NCBI RefSeq assembly: GCF_000023205.1 | Contig: NC_012803.1 | Span: 2,190,001 to 2,222,000, forward strand | From: Micrococcus luteus NCTC 2665 | GTDB lineage: Bacteria; Actinomycetota; Actinomycetes; Actinomycetales; Micrococcaceae | Reading direction: 5' to 3' | DNA: 32,000 bases | Shown: in pieces, positions 25,545 to 32,000 of the stretch | Numbering within the stretch: position 1 is the first letter of the stretch | Layout: each line of letters begins with the position of its first letter | Position numbers and translations under genes: made by a program | Notes under the pieces: model-generated | What the model saw: only the letters and a program-made list of their open reading frames with translations | Told to the model about the DNA's origin: nothing | The model's database searches: none

Positions 25545-28076
25545 ATGGCCTCCCCCTCCCCTGCGTCCGCGCACCCGTCCGCCCCCGAGAGCGGGACGGG
25601 CCTGGGGTTCACCGGCGTGGCGGGGATCACCGGGCTCACCGCCGCCGAGGTCGCCGAGCGGGAGGCCGCGGGCCTGGTCAACGTCCAGTCGCGGGACACG
25701 TCTCGCTCGCTGGGGGAGATCCTGCGCGTGCACGTGTTCACGATGTTCAACCTGGCGATCGCGCTGTGTGCCGTCGTCGTGATCCTGATGGGCCGCTGGC
25801 TGGACCTGCTGTTCTCGCTGGCGGCCGTGGCCAACGTGGTGATCGGCGTGGTCCAGGAGTACTCGGCCAAGCGGAAGCTGGACCGGATCGCGCTGCTGCA
25901 CCAGGACGACGTCGTCGTCATCCGGGACGGGGCGCGCGTGCCCCTGCCGATGGCGCAGATCGTGCGGGACGACGTCGTGGTGCTGCGCCGCGGCGACCAG
26001 GTGCCCGTGGACGGCGAGGTCCTCGTCTCGGACGGCCTGGACATGGACGAGGCGCTGCTCACCGGCGAGAACGACCCCGTGCCCAAGACCCCCGGGGACG
26101 CCGTGCTCTCGGGCTCGGCCGTCGTGGCCGGCGCGGGCCTGGTGCGCGCGACGGCGGTGGGCTCGGCCTCGCACGCCGCCCGGCTGAGCGCCGAGGCCCG
26201 CCGCTACTCCGCCATCCACTCGGAGCTGCGCGGCGCCCTGGAGAAGGTGGCCCGCTGGCTGACGATCGCCCTGGTGCCGATCATCGCGGTGATCGTGCAC
26301 GGTCAGATGACGGCCGTCGGCGGCTGGTCCCTCGCCCTCTCCCAGCCGCGCGAGGCCGCCCTGGAGCCCGCGCTGATCGCGTCCGTGGCGGCGGTGACCA
26401 GCATGATCCCGCAGGGCCTGGCGCTCATGACGACCATCGCGTTCGCCGTGGCCGCGCTCAAGCTGGCCCCGCAGGAGGTCCTCATCCAGGAGCAGCCCGC
26501 CGTGGAGGTCCTGGCCCGCGTGGACACCGTCTGCCTGGACAAGACCGGCACCCTCACCGAGGGCGGCGTCCGGTTCGACCGGCTCACCGCGCCCGCCTCG
26601 GCAGACGCGTCCCCGGACGCCCACGACGACGGCGCCCCGGCCGAGGTCGGCGATGGGCCTCGGGCCGTGCTCGCCTGGTTCGGCGCGGACCCGGACGTGA
26701 ACCCCACCGCGGCGGCCCTGCGCGAGCCCTTCACGGCCGTCCCGGCGGTGGACCCCGTGGCCCAGGTGGCGTTCTCCTCCGCGCGCCGGTGGTCGGCGGT
26801 CGCGTTCGGCCCCGAGGCCGGGGCGGCGGCCGGCACGTGGCTGCTCGGTGCGCCCGAGGCCCTCGTGGACGAGCGGCTCCTCGGCCCCGATGCCGCCCAG
26901 GCCGTCCGCGCCCAGGTCCACGCCGACGCGGACGCCGGCCGCCGCGTGCTGCTGCTGGCCCGCACGGACGAGCCCCTGATCGGGGAGGCGCTGCCCGCCG
27001 GAGGCGTCCCGGTCGCCGTCGTGACGTTCCGCGAGAACGTGCGCCCGGACGCCGCCGAGACCCTCGACTACTTCCACGCCCAGGGCGTGCGGACCGTGGT
27101 GATCTCCGGGGACAGCCCGCGCACCGTGGCCGCCGTGGCCCGCGAGGTGGGCCTCGAGGTGGCGGGCCAGGCCTACGACGGGCGCACCCTGCCGGACGAG
27201 CCCGGGGAGCTCGCCGACGTGATGGCGGAGCACAGCGTGTTCGGCCGCGTCAGCCCGGACCAGAAGAAGGCGATGGTGCAGGCGCTGCAGTCGCGCGGGC
27301 ACGTGGTGGCCATGACCGGCGACGGCGTGAACGACGCCCTGGCCCTGAAGACCGCCGACCTGGGCATCGCCATGGGCAACGCGGCCCCGGCCACCAAGGC
27401 CGTGTCCCGGATGGTGCTCCTGGACGGGCGCTTCGACCGCCTGCCACGCGTGCTCGGCGAGGGCCGCCAGGTGATCGCCAACATGGAGCGGCTCGCCCAC
27501 ATCTACCTGACGAAGACGACGTACGCGCTGCTGTTCGGCGTGGTGTTCTCCCTGTTCGCGTGGCAGTTCCCGCTGCTGCCACGGCAGGCCTCCACCGTGG
27601 ACTTCATCATGATCGGCGCACCCACGTTCTTCCTCGCCCTGCTGCCGAACCCGCGCCGCTACGTGCCCGGCTTCCTGGGGCGGGCGCTGCGGTTCGCGAT
27701 CCCCTCCGGCGCGGTGATCCTGCTGTCCATGGTGACGTTGCAGACGTACGTGCGCCTCACCGCCGGCGACGTCGACCTGCCCCGCCAGCAGGCCGCCTTC
27801 ATGATCACCCTGACCCTGCTGGGCCTGTGGGTGCTCAGCGTGATGTCCCGGCCGCTGAGCGCGCGCGTGGTGGTCCTCATCCTGGCGATGTACGCGGTGC
27901 TGGCCGCCGTCGTGCTGGTGCCGGCCTCCCGCTGGTACCACCGGATGGAGGTCCCGCCCACGGACGTGCTCGTGGCCGCGCTGGTGATCGCGGCGCTCGG
28001 GTGCGGACTGATCGAAATCATCCACCAGGTGCACCGCCGCCACGTGGCGCGGGTGCTGGCCGCCGCGGGGGCCTGA
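25545..28076 (+). CDS. Cation-translocating P-type ATPase (HAD-IC family)
   Basis: The actuator motif LTGENDPV, the phosphorylation site CLDKTGTLTEG and the hinge MTGDGVNDALALKTADLGIAMG are present, with multiple TM segments at both ends. Confidence 0.9.
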   Translation: MASPSPASAHPSAPESGTGLGFTGVAGITGLTAAEVAEREAAGLVNVQSRDTSRSLGEILRVHVFTMFNLAIALCAVVVILMGRWLDLLFSLAAVANVVIGVVQEYSAKRKLDRIALLHQDDVVVIRDGARVPLPMAQIVRDDVVVLRRGDQVPVDGEVLVSDGLDMDEALLTGENDPVPKTPGDAVLSGSAVVAGAGLVRATAVGSASHAARLSAEARRYSAIHSELRGALEKVARWLTIALVPIIAVIVHGQMTAVGGWSLALSQPREAALEPALIASVAAVTSMIPQGLALMTTIAFAVAALKLAPQEVLIQEQPAVEVLARVDTVCLDKTGTLTEGGVRFDRLTAPASADASPDAHDDGAPAEVGDGPRAVLAWFGADPDVNPTAAALREPFTAVPAVDPVAQVAFSSARRWSAVAFGPEAGAAAGTWLLGAPEALVDERLLGPDAAQAVRAQVHADADAGRRVLLLARTDEPLIGEALPAGGVPVAVVTFRENVRPDAAETLDYFHAQGVRTVVISGDSPRTVAAVAREVGLEVAGQAYDGRTLPDEPGELADVMAEHSVFGRVSPDQKKAMVQALQSRGHVVAMTGDGVNDALALKTADLGIAMGNAAPATKAVSRMVLLDGRFDRLPRVLGEGRQVIANMERLAHIYLTKTTYALLFGVVFSLFAWQFPLLPRQASTVDFIMIGAPTFFLALLPNPRRYVPGFLGRALRFAIPSGAVILLSMVTLQTYVRLTAGDVDLPRQQAAFMITLTLLGLWVLSVMSRPLSARVVVLILAMYAVLAAVVLVPASRWYHRMEVPPTDVLVAALVIAALGCGLIEIIHQVHRRHVARVLAAAGA

Positions 28077-28646
28077 GACCCCTCAGCGGCGGGCCCGGCG
28101 CACCGCCGCCCGGTAGCCGCACCACTCCGACACCAGCACGACGACGGCGAGCAGCAGGTACGCGACGTCCCACGCGCTGGGCCGCTCCCCGGCCACCACG
28201 CCCGGGAGACGGGCGGCCAGGATGAGCACCACGAACACGGTGACCGCCCAGGCCCGCCGGCGAGGCGGCGGGCCCAGGCGTCGTCGTCGAGGGCGGCGGG
28301 GGGCTCTTCCACGGGACGGCGGGCCGCCGGGAGCAGCCGGTGCGCGAGCCAGGCGAGGCCCGCGCAGACCGGGGCGACGGCGAGCAGCCAGAACGTGCTC
28401 CCGGTGAACAGGTGCGTCTGCGCGTTCACCTCGACGAGCCACCATGCGAGCACCAGCCCGAGGGCCAGGAGGGCGGCGACGGCCACCAGCGTGGCGGCCA
28501 GCCGCGGGACGCGGGCGAGGAGCCGCTCCCAGAGGACCATCACCGCCGCCCCGGGCACACTCATGAGCACCGGGGACAGCAGCAGCCCCCACGTGTAGTC
28601 GGTGGTGAGTCCGTCCCGGAGCAGCCAGACCAGGCAGAACAGGACG

Positions 28647-28654
28647 GCGATGCC
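28647..28654. repeat. Target-site duplication GCGATGCC (left copy) of the IS256-family element
   Basis: The 10-mer GCGATGCCGG occurs at 28647-28656 and 30080-30089. The last GG could belong to either the IS or the target. Confidence 0.7.
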
Positions 28655-30079
28655 GGTCAAGTCCCGAGTAGTGGTGTAACGCTCTGATCCTCCATTGGTG
28701 CTGTTAGGCGCTGAGTTCGAGGGTGGTTTCCGGTTCGGCGTTCACCTCGTTCCCGGTGTCGTCCACGGTGGTGAGGCGGCAGCGGGCCAACACCTCGAGG
28801 CCGAGGTAGCGGCGGCCCTCGGCCCACTCATCGGTCTGCTCAGCCAGCACCGCCCCGACCAGGCGCACGATCGCTGCCCGGTTCGGGAAGATGCCCACGG
28901 CGTCGGTGCGACGCCGGATCTCGCGGTTGAGCCGTTCGGCCGGGTTGTTCGACCAGATCTGGGTCCACACGTCCTTGGGGAACGTGGTGAACGCCAGGAT
29001 GTCCGCCCGGGCACCATCGAGGTGTTCGGCCACCGCGGGCAGCTTTTCGCTGACGTAGTCCAGCAGCCGGTCGAACTGGGCGTCCACGCTGGCGGCGTCG
29101 GGCTGGTCATACACCGAGTGCAGCATGGCCTTCACGGCCGGCCACATGGACTTGGGGGTGATGCCCATCAGGTTCGCCGCGTAGTGGGTCCGGCACCGCT
29201 GCCAGGTCGCTCCGGGCAGGTTCGCGGCGATGGCGTCCTTGAGCCCGGTGTGGGCGTCGGAAGTGACCAGGCGGACTCCGGTCAGGCCCCGGGCCACCAG
29301 GTCGGCGAAGAACTCGTTCCACGCCGACCCCGTCTCCGAGGTGGCCACCCGCAGGCCGAGGACCTCGCGGTGGCCGTCACCATTGACCCCGGTGGCCAGC
29401 AGCACCACGGCGTTGACCACGCGCCCGCCCTCACGCACCTTCATCGTCAACGCGTCCGCGGCAACGAACGTGAACGGTCCCGCCTCCCCGAGCGGCCGGT
29501 GGCGGAAGGCCTCCACCTGCTCATCGAGGTCCGCGGCCATCCGGGACACCTGGGACTTCGACAGGGCATTGATGCCCAAGGTCTTGACCAGCTTGTCCAT
29601 CCGCCGGGTAGAGACACCGGCCAGGTAGCAGTCTGCGACCACGGTGATCAGCGCCGATTCGGCCCGCTTGCGCCGCTCGAGCAGCCATTCCGGGAAGTAG
29701 GTGCCCGAGCGCAGCTTCGGGATGGCCACGTCCACGGTGCCGACCCGGGTGTCCAGGTCCCGGTGCCGGTACCCATTGCGCTGGGCCGTGCGGTCACGGG
29801 AGGGTTTGCCCCATTCGGCGCCGACCACCGCATCGGCGTCAGCGCAGAGCAGGGTGTTGATCATCGTCTGCAGCAGGTGGCGCATCATGTCCGGGGAGGC
29901 CTCGGACAGGGCTTCGCCCAGCAGGCCGGCAGGGTCGACAATATGAGGAGCGGTCATCGTGATGACTCCATTCGAGGATTCTGTGAGAGGTTGACTCGAA
30001 GGATCACACGGTGGCCGCGTCCACGTCTGGAACGACGTGCCCGACCACCGGGCGCTACACCACTATGCGGGACTCAACT
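28655..30079 (-). mobile_element. IS256-family insertion sequence (about 1.42 kb)
   Basis: Imperfect terminal inverted repeats GTCCCGAGTAGTGGTGTAACGC (28661-28682) versus the complement of 30052-30073, GTCCCGCATAGTGGTGTAGCGC (19 of 22). The AGTCC...GTGTAA pattern resembles IS256 ends. Flanking direct repeats are present. The left boundary is uncertain by 2 nt. Confidence 0.8.
28704..29957 (-). CDS. IS256-family (Mutator-like) transposase
   Basis: 417 aa. QRNGYRHRDLDTRVGTVDVAIPKLR...YFPEWLLERR...AVVLLATGVNGDGHREVLGL...VTSDAHTGLKDAI...WQRCRTHY...NPAERLNREIRRR is the canonical IS256 pattern. Confidence 0.92.
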   Translation of the reverse strand: MTAPHIVDPAGLLGEALSEASPDMMRHLLQTMINTLLCADADAVVGAEWGKPSRDRTAQRNGYRHRDLDTRVGTVDVAIPKLRSGTYFPEWLLERRKRAESALITVVADCYLAGVSTRRMDKLVKTLGINALSKSQVSRMAADLDEQVEAFRHRPLGEAGPFTFVAADALTMKVREGGRVVNAVVLLATGVNGDGHREVLGLRVATSETGSAWNEFFADLVARGLTGVRLVTSDAHTGLKDAIAANLPGATWQRCRTHYAANLMGITPKSMWPAVKAMLHSVYDQPDAASVDAQFDRLLDYVSEKLPAVAEHLDGARADILAFTTFPKDVWTQIWSNNPAERLNREIRRRTDAVGIFPNRAAIVRLVGAVLAEQTDEWAEGRRYLGLEVLARCRLTTVDDTGNEVNAEPETTLELSA

Positions 30080-30087
30080 GCGATGCC
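30080..30087. repeat. Target-site duplication GCGATGCC (right copy) of the IS256-family element
   Basis: See the left copy. Confidence 0.7.
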
Positions 30088-30284
30088 GGCCGCGACCGTG
30101 AAGCCGAGCACCGGCACATCGCGCCAGGTGGCGTCGGGTGTGACGGGGTCGGAGTGGGGGCGGATGGTCATCGGCCGGGTCCTTCCTGTGTGCTCCGTTG
30201 CGGATCCCTTCCGGCGACCCTACGGCCTGCTCGAGCACGTCTCCGCATCGGGCGCCCTCCCTCGTGCCGGCGTCGGCGTCGCTC

Positions 30285-30290
30285 TACCGT
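30285..30290 (+). promoter_or_regulatory. Candidate -10 hexamer TACCGT, 6 nt upstream of ATG 30297
   Basis: TANNNT is read directly. It supports the internal ATG as the start. Confidence 0.35.
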
Positions 30291-30296
30291 GGGGCC

Positions 30297-30749
30297 ATGG
30301 ACTCCACGCTCTTCACCCGTTCGGCCGACCGCGCCGCCCACGACGACGTCAACTTCCGCACCCGCAAGTGGGTCAAGCCGGAGGACCTCAACGCGAACAA
30401 CACCCTCTTCGGCGGCTCGCTGCTGCGCTGGGTCGACGAGGAGGCGGCCATCTACGCGACCCTGCAGCTGGGCAACCCGCGGTGCGTGACGAAGCTGATC
30501 TCGGAGATCAACTTCCTGGCCTCGGCGAAGCAGGGCGACATGATCGAGATGGGCCTGCGCGCCACCGAGTTCGGGCGCACGTCCCTGACCATGCGGGCGA
30601 AGGTGCGGAACATCGTGACCGGCGAGATGATCCTGACCATCGACAAGATCGTGTTCGTGTCCCTGGGCGAGGACGGCAAGCCCGTGCCCCACGGCTTCAC
30701 CGAGATCACCTACGACCGCGACCGTCTGCCCCTGGACGGCCCCCTCTGA
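30297..30749 (+). CDS. Acyl-CoA thioesterase (hot-dog fold, YciA-like)
   Basis: VKPEDLNANNTLFGGSLLRWVDEEAAIYA...VTKLISEINFLASAKQGDMIE...GRTSLTM is typical of 4HBT/YciA thioesterases. Length is 150 aa from ATG 30297. Confidence 0.75.
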   Translation: MDSTLFTRSADRAAHDDVNFRTRKWVKPEDLNANNTLFGGSLLRWVDEEAAIYATLQLGNPRCVTKLISEINFLASAKQGDMIEMGLRATEFGRTSLTMRAKVRNIVTGEMILTIDKIVFVSLGEDGKPVPHGFTEITYDRDRLPLDGPL

Positions 30750-30892
30750 GCCGGCCCGCCACCCCACGCGGTCCGGGGGCGGAACTCGGGGATCCCCGCC
30801 CGGAATACCGCCGAGTTCTGCCCCCAACGCGGGAGGGCCGGTGGCGGGGGCCGGGGCCGAGCCGGAGGACGCGGCCGAGCGTCCCCGGGACG

Positions 30893-31492
30893 TCAGAGCG
30901 GCCAGACCTCCAGGGACTCACCGAGTCGGATGCTCACCCCGGAGACGCGCCCGCGCGGGCCGAGCAGGACGTGCACGACCGGGTCCGCCCGCTCGGCCTC
31001 CGCCACACCCCGCACCACCACCGCGCGCCGACTCCCGGCGGCGTGCGGGTCTGTGGGCAACGGGACGCCGTCCAGCTCGTGCACGGTCAGATCCGCCGGG
31101 GGCGTGCACGGACCGGCGAGGTCCTGGATCTCCTGCATGGTCTGCCGCAGCACGGTCTGCGGCAGGGCGGCGCGGGCCGTGCTGGTCATCAGGGCGTGCA
31201 TCGCGGTGAGGTCCCCGGTGAACCAGGCGCGGACGGCACGGTCGGCGCTCCGGCGCGCCGCCTCCGGCCAGCCGCCCTGTGGTGCCGCACCGGCGGTGGG
31301 TGCCGCACCCGGGTCCGCGGCGGTCTGGAAACGACGGTGCGCGGCCTGACGGCTCACCCCGAGGGTCTGGGCGATCTCCTCCCAGGTCCACCCGGACTCA
31401 CGGGCACGGTGGACGGCGTGATGCAGCCGCCGCTCGGCCGCCGCCTGGGCGGCCAGCGCGGCGGTCAGTTCCTCACAGGGATCGCGGGGCAT
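30893..31492 (-). CDS. Helix-turn-helix domain protein with an uncharacterised C-terminal domain
   Basis: The HTH segment is ESGWTWEEIAQTLGVSRQAAHRRF. The start is uncertain: ATG 31492 has GGAGG immediately adjacent, and GTG 31534 is the alternative. The gene overlaps the end of the upstream gene. Confidence 0.55.
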   Translation of the reverse strand: MPRDPCEELTAALAAQAAAERRLHHAVHRARESGWTWEEIAQTLGVSRQAAHRRFQTAADPGAAPTAGAAPQGGWPEAARRSADRAVRAWFTGDLTAMHALMTSTARAALPQTVLRQTMQEIQDLAGPCTPPADLTVHELDGVPLPTDPHAAGSRRAVVVRGVAEAERADPVVHVLLGPRGRVSGVSIRLGESLEVWPL

Positions 31493-31865
31493 CCTCCGAG
31501 TCTGCCTCACCGGCGGACACCGGAAGGAGGGCACCGGCGCCGATGGCCACCGCGATGCCGAAGATCACGGCCGTGGCGCCCTCGAAGATGTTGAGCACGG
31601 TCAGCACGGCCGCGACGGCGGCCCCGGCCAGGATCTGCATGGCCTTCGGGCCATCCCAGGCGGGCTGCCAGCGGCTGAACAGCGAGCCAGCCAGGGCGCC
31701 GCCGCGGGCCTGCATCAGCGGAGCGCCCCAGGCACCCACGGTGTAGGCGAGGCCGATGATGGCGCCCGTGAGCAGGGCCGGCCCCGGGTCGGCGTCGGAC
31801 GTGAGGCCGTGGGTGACGAGGATCAAGATGATGGAGACGACGGTGGCGGTGAGCGTGCGAGCCAT
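31473..31865 (-). CDS. Small membrane protein (3-4 TM helices, Gly/Ala-rich)
   Basis: ATG 31865 (MARTLTATVVSIILILV...) lies 7 nt downstream of a good -10 hexamer. Hydrophobic segments run throughout. Confidence 0.55.
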   Translation of the reverse strand: MARTLTATVVSIILILVTHGLTSDADPGPALLTGAIIGLAYTVGAWGAPLMQARGGALAGSLFSRWQPAWDGPKAMQILAGAAVAAVLTVLNIFEGATAVIFGIAVAIGAGALLPVSAGEADSEDAPRSL

Positions 31866-31872
31866 GTGACCG

Positions 31873-31901
31873 AGGTTATGGCCGGCATCCGGAGGTGTCA
31901 A
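31873..31901 (-). promoter_or_regulatory. Sigma-70-type promoter: -35 TTGACA (31896-31901), 17-nt spacer, -10 TAACCT (31873-31878), 7 nt to ATG 31865
   Basis: The hexamers and spacing are read directly on the minus strand. The geometry implies a leaderless mRNA. Confidence 0.5.
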
Positions 31902-31914
31902 CACCGCGTTGACA
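31896..31914. promoter_or_regulatory. Inverted repeat TGTCAAC-N5-GTTGACA overlapping the -35 element
   Basis: Perfect 7-bp arms are read directly. This is a candidate operator for the HTH protein encoded in the same operon. Confidence 0.3.
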
Positions 31915-32000
31915 GCCGGCCGGTGGCGCCGGCGGTGCCGGTGGTGCCTGTGGTGCCTGCCGACCCCGGTTCAGCCGACCCCAGCTCAGTCGATCCCGCG

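Larger units (their letters stand above)
28083..30171 (-). pseudogene. Polytopic membrane-protein gene interrupted by an IS256-family element, with an apparent additional frameshift
   Basis: The 5' part runs 30171->30080 (ATG preceded by AGGAAGGA; MTIRPHSDPVTPDATWRDVPVLGFTVAAGIA). It continues in frame at 28654 (VLFCLVWLLRDG...). The hydrophobic C-terminus and stop (..AWAVTVFVVLILAARL...RRARR*, stop at 28083) are in a different frame (ORF 28083..28592). Confidence 0.6.

Noticed and set aside
31909-31914. A plus-strand TTGACA that could be a rightward promoter -35.
   Set aside because: There is no TANNNT-like -10 at 16-19 nt downstream. It is better explained as the mirror arm of the 31896-31914 palindrome.
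31941-31958. A tandem 9-bp repeat, GTGGTGCCT x2, with a partial third copy upstream, at the window edge.
   Set aside because: It is too short to call. It lies at the window end and may be part of a coding repeat in a gene outside the window.
1-32000. A search for CRISPR arrays, rRNA/tRNA genes, long tandem repeats, reverse transcriptases and integrases.
   Set aside because: No regularly spaced repeats, no RNA-gene-like conserved stretches and no such enzyme motifs were found in any frame.

Overview
This is a chromosomal segment from a high-G+C actinobacterium. Hand counts of a few 60-nt lines give about 68% G+C in core genes. All calls come from reading the sequence and ORF track; no database search was run.

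Gene order, left to right:
- Part of a phenylacetate (paa) catabolic cluster: paaZ 3' end, a PaaH-like 3-hydroxyacyl-CoA dehydrogenase, a lipoprotein, a TetR/PaaR-like regulator, paaK and paaI.
- A 1196-aa RecB-nuclease/RNaseH-like/SF1-helicase fusion.
- An acyl-CoA synthetase gene split by an ISL3 element.
- A GNAT acetyltransferase and purB.
- A lower-G+C single-gene insert encoding a P-loop (STAND/Arch_ATPase-like) ATPase with a winged helix.
- Two tandem TRIC/UPF0126 channel paralogues, translationally coupled to a DUF1846/UPF0371 gene.
- A roughly 4 kb low-G+C islet (42-52% in sampled lines). It carries a convergent C5-cytosine methyltransferase and HNH restriction-endonuclease pair. The endonuclease gene is split by a second, different ISL3 element.
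- A family III CoA-transferase, a DinB/DUF664 protein and a P-type ATPase.
- A membrane-protein gene split by an IS256-family element that also appears frameshifted.
- A hot-dog thioesterase, an HTH protein and a small membrane protein.

Main observations:
1. All three IS insertions have intact target-site duplications. Each interrupted ORF can be rejoined in frame in silico.
2. The restriction-modification module now looks like an orphan methylase next to an inactivated nuclease.
3. A +1 frame inside the methylase gene carries a methylase-like peptide.
4. About ten genes have a (T/C)ANNNT hexamer 6-7 nt upstream of their ATG, which suggests leaderless transcription.
5. A PaaR-like palindrome lies upstream of paaI.

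No rRNA, tRNA or CRISPR array was found.
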